Part shown: positions 27,336-35,690 of the stretch, in pieces
Position numbering within the stretch: position 1 is the stretch's first letter
Layout: each line of letters begins with the position of its first letter
Assembly (NCBI GenBank): GCA_963783375.1
Contig: CAWANH010000029.1
Span: forward strand, 868,981-932,980
Origin: Candidatus Eiseniibacteriota bacterium
GTDB taxonomy: Bacteria > Eisenbacteria > RBG-16-71-46 > JABDJR01
DNA length: 64,000 nt
Direction of reading: 5' to 3'
Made by a program: the position numbers and the translations under genes
The notes under the pieces: model-generated
What the model saw: the letters and a program-made list of their open reading frames with translations, nothing else
The model's database searches: none
Told to the model about the DNA's origin: nothing

Positions 27336-28706
27336 ATGAGGCCCCAACCCCTCCTCATCGTGGCCGCCCTCCTACTCGCCCCGGCACCGGGGACGGCGGC
27401 GGTGGTCCGGGTGGAGTCCGACGGGAGCGGCGATTTCACCGCCATCCAGGCCGCCGTCGACGCCGCGGTCTCCGGAGACACCGTGATGGTGGGGCCGGGC
27501 ACCTGGTCCGAACACGTCGCGGTCGAGGGGAAGTGGTTCATCCTGATCGGGCGGGAAGGGGCCGAGTCCACGGTGCTGGAGGGGGGCTACGCGGGCCGTC
27601 CGTTGACCATCGTCGATTCCGGCCTCCGCTGCACGATCACCGGGTTCACCTTCACCCACGGCATCAAGAACGGTCTCTTCCCGGACAATTCCGGAGGCGC
27701 CCTGGCCGCCTTCCACGCCAACCTCACCGTGAAGGAATGCGTGTTTCGGGAGAACGTGACCTCGGCGGGGGGGACGGGGGGCGCGATCTACGCCACCGCC
27801 CGCGTGGTGCCCGGGGTCTCCCACACCGGTCCCCAACCCGCTCTCTCCCCCGAGATCCAGATCGCCGATTGCCTCTTCGAGGACAACTGGGCCAGCGACG
27901 AGGGGGCGGGAACCTTCATCGACGACTCGGAGGCGGTGATCACCGGCTCCACCTTCCGCCGGGGGCAGGCCGTCCAGGGCGGGGCGATCTCCCAGGTCGG
28001 CCGCCCCCTCACCGTCATCGACTGCCGCTTCGAGGGGAACCATTCCCGGAAGGACGGGGGGGCGTTGATCCACACCGCGACCCTCATCACTCCGGTGACC
28101 CTCGAGGGATGCGTGTTCCTCGACAACCGCTCGACCGACATGGGGGAGGGAGGCGCGGTGAAGGTGAAGGGGCGGGAGAACCTGGTCATCCAGGATTGCG
28201 CCTTCCTGCGGGGATCGGCCTGGCAGGGAGCTGGAGCCCACCTCCAGACCGCCTCGCTCCTCATTCGCCGCACCCTATGGCTCGACAACCATGCCGACGA
28301 CCGGGGCGGAGCGCTCTACCTGCTCTCCCCCGCCGGCGCGGTGATGGAGCGAACCACCTGGTTCGCCAACGGCGCCGCCGTCGCGGCCTCGATCTACGCC
28401 AACGGGGGTTCGTTCGAAGTGCGAGCCTCCATCATCGCCGACCCGGGCCCGAACACGGTCCTCTGCCACGTGTCGGAGGGGACCGGGTCGTGCCTGGTGG
28501 GAGGACCGGCCACCGGGGGCTGCCTCCCCTTCGAGCAGATCCAGGCGGTGGCGGTCTGCCCCTCGGACTCCCTGAGCCTCTGCTCGGCGCCGGCGCTCCC
28601 CGGTTGCGGGCCGGTGGGCCACGTGGATGCGCCGTGCCCCGACGGCGCCTGCGACACCCCGGTCCGGGCGGTGAGCTGGGGCGTCCTGAAGCGGCGCTAT
28701 CGCTAA
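27336..28706 (+). CDS. secreted right-handed parallel beta-helix (pectin-lyase-fold) repeat protein with a Cys-rich C-terminal tail
   Basis: Start at 27336 gives MRPQPLLIVAALLLAPAPGTAAVVRVESDGSGDFTAIQAAVDAAVSGDTVMVGPGTWSEHV. The signal peptide and GDFxTIQxAVDAAxxGDT...GTY motif are characteristic of DUF1565/pectin-lyase-like beta-helix proteins. Repeated beta-helix coils follow. The C-terminal tail carries 8 Cys (SCLVGGPATGGCLPF...CPSDSLSLCSAPALPGCGPVGHVDAPCPDGAC). Confidence 0.75.
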   Translation: MRPQPLLIVAALLLAPAPGTAAVVRVESDGSGDFTAIQAAVDAAVSGDTVMVGPGTWSEHVAVEGKWFILIGREGAESTVLEGGYAGRPLTIVDSGLRCTITGFTFTHGIKNGLFPDNSGGALAAFHANLTVKECVFRENVTSAGGTGGAIYATARVVPGVSHTGPQPALSPEIQIADCLFEDNWASDEGAGTFIDDSEAVITGSTFRRGQAVQGGAISQVGRPLTVIDCRFEGNHSRKDGGALIHTATLITPVTLEGCVFLDNRSTDMGEGGAVKVKGRENLVIQDCAFLRGSAWQGAGAHLQTASLLIRRTLWLDNHADDRGGALYLLSPAGAVMERTTWFANGAAVAASIYANGGSFEVRASIIADPGPNTVLCHVSEGTGSCLVGGPATGGCLPFEQIQAVAVCPSDSLSLCSAPALPGCGPVGHVDAPCPDGACDTPVRAVSWGVLKRRYR

Positions 28707-30010
28707 CCCGAGGGGATCATGCGGTCGTCGGCCGGCGGGGAGGCCTCGGGGGCGCCGGGGCCGGGGAAGGGCTCGGCGGCGACGGCGATCCACAGGAGCG
28801 GCTCCACCGGGAAGAAATAGCGGGCCCCGCCGAGGAACGGCAGGTGGCCCAGGGTCCAGGCCCCGATCCCCGCCGCGCCCACGCGGGCCGCAGCGGTTTG
28901 TTCGGGATCGAGCCGCCGGCGCTTCCACCGGCGCCACCCCGCCCGAAGGGCCAGGAGCCAGGCCGCGACCTGCGCCGCCTGGGCGAGCGCCAGAACCATG
29001 AGCGCGGGGAGCCTCCCCCACTTGCTCGCGAGCTCGGACCGGTAGGTGGCGGCGGGGGCGGGAAGCAGGAGGCGCGCGGCCTTGACCGGCATCAGCGCCA
29101 CGAAGCGGGCCGGATGGTCTCCGATGTAGTCGAGGGCCCGGTGGAGCGCCAACCGCTGGTTCTCGATTTCATTTCCGGTCGCCGGAATTCCATCGGGGGG
29201 ATCGGCGCGGCCGCCGCGGGCGTTGGGGTTGTTCCCCAGGAGAAGATTCAGGGATCCGTTGGTGGCGATGAGGACCGGGCTCCCCAGAACACGCTGGTTT
29301 CGCGCTCCCCAGAGACTCACCCCGGCGAGATCGAAAACCAGGAGGACGGCGAGAACCGCGGCCAGTCGGCGGCCGCCGAACCGCCGCCACCCCCAGAGCG
29401 CGGCCACCGCCGCGGGAACCACCAGGAACGCGTGCCCGCGGGTCATTCCCGCCGCGACCCCGGCCGCGCCCGCCCCCATGAGCCAGAGAGCGCCTCCCCG
29501 GCGAGCGAAGCGGACCACGGCGGCCAGAGCCAGGAGGAGCGCGGCCCCGCACACCACCTCGGACATGAGAAACGCCGGCATCACGATCTGGCTGGGGTCC
29601 AGGGCCAGGAACAGCGCCGCGCGCTTCGCGGCCCGGCGACCGGCCAGCTCCGCGGCCAGCCAGGCTCCGGCGGCGGCCAGCGCCAGCGAGGCGATCACGT
29701 TCATCGCCTGGCCGGCGCGGGGGGAGGCCCCGGCGATCCGATAGGCGACGGAGAGCGCCAGGGGGTATCCGGGCGGATAGAGAGCGGTCGGCGCGCCCTG
29801 ATAGCTGAAACCGTTCCCGGCGGCCAGGGCGGCGGCGGTTTCATGGTAGAAGTGGCTGTCCCAGGTATTGGCCACGGTGGGAAAGACCGGGGTGGCCAGA
29901 ACCGCGGCGAGCCGGAGCGCGACCCCCAGTCCAACCGCCCAGAACCACCCGCGCGGGACATCGCGCGGCGACCGGGCGGCGAGGGGTTTCGGCGACATGG
30001 GCCCGATCAT
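28703..30010 (-). CDS. polytopic membrane protein, GT-C superfamily glycosyltransferase (ArnT/GT39/GT83-like)
   Basis: Start is at 30010 (MIGPM...) or 29998 (MSPKPL...). The protein has multiple TM helices. The segment WDSHFYHETAAALAAGNGFSYQGAPTALYPPGYPL resembles the ArnT/PMT loop. It is the second GT-C gene in the window. Confidence 0.7.
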   Translation of the reverse strand: MIGPMSPKPLAARSPRDVPRGWFWAVGLGVALRLAAVLATPVFPTVANTWDSHFYHETAAALAAGNGFSYQGAPTALYPPGYPLALSVAYRIAGASPRAGQAMNVIASLALAAAGAWLAAELAGRRAAKRAALFLALDPSQIVMPAFLMSEVVCGAALLLALAAVVRFARRGGALWLMGAGAAGVAAGMTRGHAFLVVPAAVAALWGWRRFGGRRLAAVLAVLLVFDLAGVSLWGARNQRVLGSPVLIATNGSLNLLLGNNPNARGGRADPPDGIPATGNEIENQRLALHRALDYIGDHPARFVALMPVKAARLLLPAPAATYRSELASKWGRLPALMVLALAQAAQVAAWLLALRAGWRRWKRRRLDPEQTAAARVGAAGIGAWTLGHLPFLGGARYFFPVEPLLWIAVAAEPFPGPGAPEASPPADDRMIPSG

Positions 30011-30163
30011 ACCCAAAGCCGGATTCCATGGCAGGATTGAAAACCGCGGCCGGGCAGGCGTGGGAAAGCGCCGCACCCCGCCTGTCTCATGTCCGCGTTG
30101 CGGAACATGTCCCCCGTCCACCTCATGGCCGTCCTGCGCCCGCTCCGACGCCTCCTCCCCCGC

Positions 30164-30670
30164 TCAGTCCCGGGGCTCCCCCCGGGCCAGCGCGGCGAGA
30201 ACCTCACCGTCGGTGGGGAACGCCAGGGGCTCGGGGGGGCGGGCCGGATCGAACCACCCGGTCTCCGAGGCGTCCCCGCCGGGACGCTCGCTCCCTCCCG
30301 CGATCCGCCCCAGGAACCAGATCCCCACCGAGTGCGCCTCGGGATCGTGGAAGTTGGAGAGCACGGTGAAGACCGGACCCAGCTCGACCCGGTAGCCGGT
30401 CTCCTCCTCCATCTCGCGGCGGGCCGCGGTCCGCACGTCCTCGTCCCACTCGATGTTCCCGCAGGGGATGCACCAGGCCCCCGCCGGCGGGCTGGTGCGC
30501 CGAACCAGGAGCACCCGCCCGATGCCGTCGCGGAGGATGACCGCCACCGCCGCCTTGGGATTCCGCCACAGGACCCGGCCGCACCGGGGACAGGCGTCGC
30601 GTTCCCGCCCACCGCGCATGACGGTCGTGAGTTCCGAACCGCAGGCGGGGCAATACCGGTCGCGGGCCAC
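30164..30670 (-). CDS. NUDIX hydrolase with an N-terminal zinc ribbon
   Basis: The zinc ribbon is CPACGSE...CPRCGRV. The Nudix box GNIEWDEDVRTAARREMEEETG matches GX5EX7REUXEEXGU. A GTG start at 30670 sits 8 nt after the upstream gene's stop. The longer track ORF's upstream extension is low-complexity. Confidence 0.75.
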   Translation of the reverse strand: MARDRYCPACGSELTTVMRGGRERDACPRCGRVLWRNPKAAVAVILRDGIGRVLLVRRTSPPAGAWCIPCGNIEWDEDVRTAARREMEEETGYRVELGPVFTVLSNFHDPEAHSVGIWFLGRIAGGSERPGGDASETGWFDPARPPEPLAFPTDGEVLAALARGEPRD

Positions 30671-30677
30671 GGCCGGT

Positions 30678-31355
30678 TCAGGGCGCGGCGGGGGCTTCGG
30701 AGGGAAGCCGGGTCGAGGCGAACGCGGGAAGCCCGAATCCGCCGCCGCCCGGGAGGTCCGCCGTCGCCTCGGACGGGGAGTCGAGAAGCCGGTCCAGGGT
30801 CCGGCCGCTGGCCCGGCAGGCATCGACGAACCGCCAGGCCTCGCTCAAGGTGGTGACCGGAGCGCGCCCCACCCGTAGTCCCGGGGGAATCCCCTCGCCG
30901 CGGGGGCAGGGAACCGCGATCAGGTTCGGGCGCTGGATCGGTTCCCCGACCCGTGGAGGCCGGGTGACGTGGGCCGTCCGGCCGGGGAGGAACGGCACCA
31001 GATTCTCGTCGCCTCCCAGCAGCAGCCCCGAGGTTCCGCGAAGGGCGCAGAAGGAACCCAACCAGGCCACCGCGTCGCCCGCTTCCCGGCCTCCCGTGGT
31101 GTCGGCCAGGCTCACCACGTGCGTGGGGCACCCCCGGCTCCGGTTCCATCCGTCAAGCGCGCGGAAGGCGGGGCTCAGGTTCTCGGTGGTGATGATGAGG
31201 AAGGTGGATGCCCGGGGAACCGGGGCCGAAGTGGGAACGACGGGGCGGGTCATGAGCCCGAGCACCGCCGCGGCCACTCCGAAAAACGGAATGGTCACCC
31301 CGAGACGACGAAGAACCGGGCCCACTTGCATCGAAAGGACACCCTCCAGGTCCAT
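30678..31355 (-). CDS. hypothetical membrane-anchored protein; residues ~50-100 resemble the N-terminal region of peptidase C25 (gingipain-like) catalytic domains, but the protein is too short (225 aa) to be a complete protease
   Basis: MDLEGVLSMQVGPVLRRLGVTIPFFGVAAAVLGLMTRPVV is a signal/anchor. TFLIITTENLSPAFRALDGWNRSRGCPTHVVSLAD resembles the C25 start motif (YLIIT...WK..KG..V.VV). The downstream His/Cys catalytic positions are not recognisable. Confidence 0.45.
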   Translation of the reverse strand: MDLEGVLSMQVGPVLRRLGVTIPFFGVAAAVLGLMTRPVVPTSAPVPRASTFLIITTENLSPAFRALDGWNRSRGCPTHVVSLADTTGGREAGDAVAWLGSFCALRGTSGLLLGGDENLVPFLPGRTAHVTRPPRVGEPIQRPNLIAVPCPRGEGIPPGLRVGRAPVTTLSEAWRFVDACRASGRTLDRLLDSPSEATADLPGGGGFGLPAFASTRLPSEAPAAP

Positions 31356-31460
31356 GCGACGGTGGCTTCATGGGAAGCGTTTGATCGATGCCGGATGGTA
31401 GGATCGGGCTTTTCCGGGTGTCAATAGGCTGCCGAGAGCGTCGGCCGGGGAGCGGAGATC

Positions 31461-32146
31461 GTGAATCGTTTCGGCCTGAATCCCAAGGCGATGAGCCCCG
31501 AGGTCCCGATCACCTTCTCCGGACCGGCGGGGACGCTGGAAGGCCTCTGGCGGCCGCCGCGCCCGGGCGCCGCGCTCCGGGGCCTGGTGGTGGTGGCCCA
31601 CCCGCATCCTGCCTTCGGCGGCACCATGATGAACAAGGTGGTGTTCCACACCGCCCGGGTCCTGAATCACGACCTCGATCTGGCCGCCCTCCGGTTCAAC
31701 TTCCGCGGGGTGGGAAAGAGCGCGGGGCGCTACGACGAGGGGCGGGGGGAGGTCGATGACGTTCTCGCCGCGTGGGCCGAGGCCCGGCGACGGGAACCGG
31801 GCAGCCTGCCGCTGGTCGCGGCGGGGTTCTCCTTCGGGTCGGGGATGACCCTGGCCGCCACCGCTCGTCCGGCCGAGGCCGGCGCCCCCCAGCCCGCCGT
31901 CCTGGTCCTCATCGGGCTCCCGGTGCGGCTCTTCTCCCCCCCGAACGCATCCCCGCCTCGATCCCGGTGGCCGCGGTTCACGGGGAACTCGACCAGTACA
32001 CCCCGCCGGAAGCGGTGGGCGAATACCTGGAGGGATGGCCGGGTCCCCACGCCTTCCACGTCATCCCCGGGGCGGACCACTTCCTGGAGGGACACCTTCC
32101 CGAGGCCACGACATTCCTGAGCCGGAGCTTGAAGGAGTGGCTCTAA
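31461..32146 (+). pseudogene. alpha/beta hydrolase family protein, disrupted by a 1-nt frameshift in a C7 homopolymer (31936..31942); probably an assembly error
   Basis: A GTG start at 31461 gives ...LRGLVVVAHPHPAFGGTMMNKVVFHTARVLNHDLDLAALRFNFRGVGKSAGRYDEGRGEVDD...LVAAGFSFGSGMTLAA (GxSxG nucleophile elbow), then degenerates after ...LVLIGLPVRLFSPP. The +1 frame (track ORF 31772..32146) continues ERIPASIPVAAVHGELDQYTPPEAVGEYLEGWPGPHAFHVIPGADHFLEGHLPEA. The junction is exactly at CTCCCCCCCGAA. Inserting one C gives one ORF of about 228 aa. Confidence 0.7.
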
Positions 32147-32152
32147 CCCCTT

Positions 32153-33058
32153 CTATATCTTGCCGTTCAGCATGTTCCGCATGATGTGGCCCGCCACCTG
32201 CGGATTCTCCTTCAGGCGCCGGAGCGAATACGCGTACCAGTGGCTGCCGAAGGGGACGTACACCCGGAGCCGGTGGCCTCGGGCCAGCACCCGCCCCCGC
32301 AGGTTCTCGGTCACCCCCAGGAGCATCTGGAACTCGTAGCGGTCCGGGGAGAGATCCAGATCCCCGATGATGCCGTAGGCCGCCTCCACCAGATCCTCAT
32401 CATGGGTGGCGATCCCGACGTAGCACCCCCCGGCCAGAAGCTCCCGCAGGAGAAGCGCGTAGTTCCGGTTGATGGCGTCGTGTCCCTTGTAGGCGATCTC
32501 CGCCGGCTCGATGTAGATGCCCTTGCAGAGACGGACGTTGGCCCCCACGGAGATCAACGAGCGGACGTCGTCGAGGCTTCGTTTGAGGTAGGCCTGGATC
32601 GCGCAGCCGACGTGGCCGGGAAACTCCCGCCGCAGCCGCTCGTACACCGCCAGGGTGGCGTCGGTGCAGTTCGAGTCCTCCATGTCGATGCGCACGAAGT
32701 TGCTGAGCCGGATCGCCTCCTCCACCACCCCGCGGCACACTTCGTAGCAGAGTTCGGGGTCGATGGTGAGACCCATCTGGGTGAGCTTCAGGGAGACGTT
32801 GCCGTCGACCTTCCGTTCGTCGATGGCCCGCAGCACCCGGAGGTACTGCTCACCCGCCCGCCGCGCCTCCTCGGCCGAGGACACGAACTCCCCCAGGACG
32901 TCCTGGGTGGTCATCATCCCCTCCCGGTTCAGCCGGGCCACGGTGTCGAGCGCTTCGTCGAGGGTTTCCCCGGCGATGTATCGCGAGCTCACCCGCCTCA
33001 CGATCGGCTTGGGGACCACGGGCAGGGTGCGGGCGACCACCTTGTTGAACCAGCTCAT
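32153..33058 (-). CDS. proline dehydrogenase (PutA-type PRODH domain)
   Basis: Start at 33058 gives MSWFNKVVARTLPVVPKPIVRRVSSRYIAGETLDEAL... (301 aa). It has the PRODH TIM-barrel motifs (VSLKLTQMGL, RIDMEDS, LLGVTENL). Confidence 0.85.
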   Translation of the reverse strand: MSWFNKVVARTLPVVPKPIVRRVSSRYIAGETLDEALDTVARLNREGMMTTQDVLGEFVSSAEEARRAGEQYLRVLRAIDERKVDGNVSLKLTQMGLTIDPELCYEVCRGVVEEAIRLSNFVRIDMEDSNCTDATLAVYERLRREFPGHVGCAIQAYLKRSLDDVRSLISVGANVRLCKGIYIEPAEIAYKGHDAINRNYALLLRELLAGGCYVGIATHDEDLVEAAYGIIGDLDLSPDRYEFQMLLGVTENLRGRVLARGHRLRVYVPFGSHWYAYSLRRLKENPQVAGHIMRNMLNGKI

Positions 33059-33179
33059 CCTCCTCGTCCTCCTCCAGTGGCGACTCGTACGCCGGCCCGA
33101 GGGTCCGCGGCGGCCGGCGGCGCGGGTGAGTGTAGCATGCACTCCGACGCCCCGGAGACGTCGCTCGACACCTCCGGAG

Positions 33180-34448
33180 CTACAGAAAGTAGATGATGGG
33201 GAGAGTGGCCAGCCCGCTCACAAACACGATCCCCAGCGCGGTGAGGAGCGGCCGGCGGATCTTGCGGTGGCCGACGGTGATGCCGATCAGGGCCTTGCTG
33301 GCGGTGTTCGAGAGGGCGGCGATGAGGATCGCCCCCACCGCCAGGTTCGCCGGAAGCGATGGACCGGTGAGCTTGGCCACGCTCAGGGTGATGGCGTCCA
33401 CCTGGGTGAGGCCGGAGATCGCCGCCACCATGGGGGTTCCGGTGACCGGGAGGAACCGCCCGGCGGCCTTGACCAGGAAGAGGACCAGGGCGAAGGCCAC
33501 TCCGAATCCGATCACCGTGGTGAGGCGGAACGGGTTCTGGATCTCGAGCCCCCCCTCGATCGCGGTGTCGTGCCGGGACCCGCGCCAGAGCCAGTACGAG
33601 GTGGCGACTCCCGAAACCCCCAGGGCGGCCAGGGGGATCCACAGGAAACGGAAGAGCGCGGGTTGGACCACCGCCACCAGCACCGCGATCCGCGCCACCA
33701 TCACCGTGGAGGCCATGGTGATGGCCATGGCGCAGCTCTTGGCCAGGGCGGGATTCTCCTTGCTCCGGCGGCCGAAGGACATGGACACCGCGGTGGAGGA
33801 CGCGAGCCCGCCCAGGATCCCGGAGAGCGCGATCCCCCGCTCCGGACCGTAGAGCTTGAAAGCCACGTAGCCCAGGAAGGAAACCCCGGAGATGAGCACC
33901 ACCATGATCCAGACTTCATGAGGGTTGAAGGCCGCGAGGGGACCGTAGTGGCGGTTGGGGAGGATGGGGAGCACCACGAAGGTGATGACCGCGAACTTCA
34001 GGGTGGTGTAGATGTCCTCGGTGGTGATGCGCTCCACCCAGCGAAGGAGCGCTGGCTTGACCGAGAGCAGCACGGCCACGATCACCCCGCAGGCCACCGC
34101 GGCCTCGGTCCGACCGGCGGCCACCAGGGCGCCGAGCAGGAAGGTGACGAGCGCGGCCACCTCGGTGGTCATCCCCCGGTCCGTCCACTCCATCATGGAG
34201 CCCCGGAGATAGGTGACCCCGACCAGGATCGCCAGCGCGGCGAAGGCCAGGGGCAGCATGGGGGGGCTCAGGGTCTTGGTGAGCCAGGCCGAGAGGTTTC
34301 CGAGAAGGGCGTAGAACATGAAGGTGCGCAGCCCGGCGAACCCCTTCTCCCCCTTGAGCTGGTGGGTGTACTCGCGTTCCAGGCCGATCAAGGCGCCGAT
34401 CAGGGTGGCCACCCCCATCGAGCGCAGGATCTCGATCTGATCGGTCAT
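33180..34448 (-). CDS. MgtC/SapB family membrane protein with a C-terminal DUF4010 domain
   Basis: The N-terminus TLIGALIGLEREYTHQLKGEKGFAGLRTFMFYALLG is MgtC-like. The protein is 422 aa with multiple TM helices. Confidence 0.8.
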   Translation of the reverse strand: MTDQIEILRSMGVATLIGALIGLEREYTHQLKGEKGFAGLRTFMFYALLGNLSAWLTKTLSPPMLPLAFAALAILVGVTYLRGSMMEWTDRGMTTEVAALVTFLLGALVAAGRTEAAVACGVIVAVLLSVKPALLRWVERITTEDIYTTLKFAVITFVVLPILPNRHYGPLAAFNPHEVWIMVVLISGVSFLGYVAFKLYGPERGIALSGILGGLASSTAVSMSFGRRSKENPALAKSCAMAITMASTVMVARIAVLVAVVQPALFRFLWIPLAALGVSGVATSYWLWRGSRHDTAIEGGLEIQNPFRLTTVIGFGVAFALVLFLVKAAGRFLPVTGTPMVAAISGLTQVDAITLSVAKLTGPSLPANLAVGAILIAALSNTASKALIGITVGHRKIRRPLLTALGIVFVSGLATLPIIYFL

Positions 34449-35638
34449 GCGCGGGTCCCCGCATAGGTCGCCGTGAGCCGCCGGCAGGCCTCGGACAGGT
34501 CGTCATCGGTCTTGGCGAAACAGAAGCGCACCAGGTGTTCTCCCCCGCCGTCGCGGTAGAAGGCGGATCCGGGGATGGTGGCCACCCCCGCGTCCCGGAG
34601 GATCGCGTCCGAGGCCTCGCGGGCGGTGCGCGCACCCACGCCCGCCGGCTCGGCCATCAGGTAGTAGGCTCCCGCCGGGACCCGCGGTCTCCATCCCAGC
34701 CGCTCGCAGGTTCCGGCCAGGAGATCGCGCTTCCGCTGGTAGTCGCGGGCGAGGTCCCGATAATAGCTCGGGGGGACGGCGGCCAGGGCGTGGGCGACCG
34801 CGTGCTGGAGCGGGGTCGGCGCGCAGACGTAATAGAGGTCGTTCAGGACCCCCAGGGCGCCGGCCAGTTCCCGGGGCGCGGCGGCGAACCCGATCCGCCA
34901 GCCGGTGATGGAGAAGGTCTTGGAGAAGCCGCTCACCGTCACCGCGCGTTCGCGCCCGCCCGGACGGGCGGCCAGGCTCAGATGTTCGCGGCCGTCGTAG
35001 AGGATGTCCTCGTAGATCTCGTCGGTGATCCCCCAGAGGTCATGGCGGTGGAGGAGGGCGACCAGGCCGTCCAGCTCCGGCGCGGTCCAGACCTTTCCGG
35101 TGGGGTTGGCCGGCGAACAGACCACCACCGCGCGGGTGCGCCCGGTCACCGCGCGCTCCAGGGCCTCGAGGTCCACCGCGAAATCGGGCTCGGCCAGGGG
35201 CACCGGCCGCGGCACGCCTCCCGCGGCCAGCACGGTGTTCCAGTGATATCCGTAGAAGGGTTCGGGGAGGATCACCTCGTCCCCGGGATCGAGAAGCGCG
35301 GTCATGGCCACGGCGAACGCGCCGGTGGAGCCCACGGTGACCACGATCTCGCCGTCCGGATCGTAGGTCGCGCGGTTCTTGGCCGCCAGCCTCGCGGCGA
35401 TCGCCTCTCGAAGTTCGGCCACCCCGTCGTAGCGGCTGTAGGTGGAACGGTTCGCCTCCACCGCGGCGGCCAGCCCCTCCTTGAGTTCCACGATGGTGGG
35501 GAGATCGCAGATGCCCTGGCCGAGGTTGATCCCACCGACCCGCGCGCACTCCAGGGTCATGCGGCGGATGTCGGACTGGCTCAGGTCGCGCATGCGGGAC
35601 GATAGGTGGATGGAATTCATGGACGGCATCATACGCAT
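34445..35638 (-). CDS. pyridoxal phosphate-dependent aminotransferase (class I; aspartate/methionine aminotransferase-like)
   Basis: The SxSKTFSITGWRIG motif has the PLP-lysine context (SGFSKTF). An NPTG box (CSPANPTGKVW) is present. Start is taken at 35638 (MRMMPSMNSIHL...); alternative ATGs lie at 35629 and 35620. Confidence 0.85.
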   Translation of the reverse strand: MRMMPSMNSIHLSSRMRDLSQSDIRRMTLECARVGGINLGQGICDLPTIVELKEGLAAAVEANRSTYSRYDGVAELREAIAARLAAKNRATYDPDGEIVVTVGSTGAFAVAMTALLDPGDEVILPEPFYGYHWNTVLAAGGVPRPVPLAEPDFAVDLEALERAVTGRTRAVVVCSPANPTGKVWTAPELDGLVALLHRHDLWGITDEIYEDILYDGREHLSLAARPGGRERAVTVSGFSKTFSITGWRIGFAAAPRELAGALGVLNDLYYVCAPTPLQHAVAHALAAVPPSYYRDLARDYQRKRDLLAGTCERLGWRPRVPAGAYYLMAEPAGVGARTAREASDAILRDAGVATIPGSAFYRDGGGEHLVRFCFAKTDDDLSEACRRLTATYAGTRA

Positions 35639-35690
35639 TCCGCCCCGGGCGCGCGAGGCCTCACCCCCCGGACTCCGGCGCCCGGAGGGA

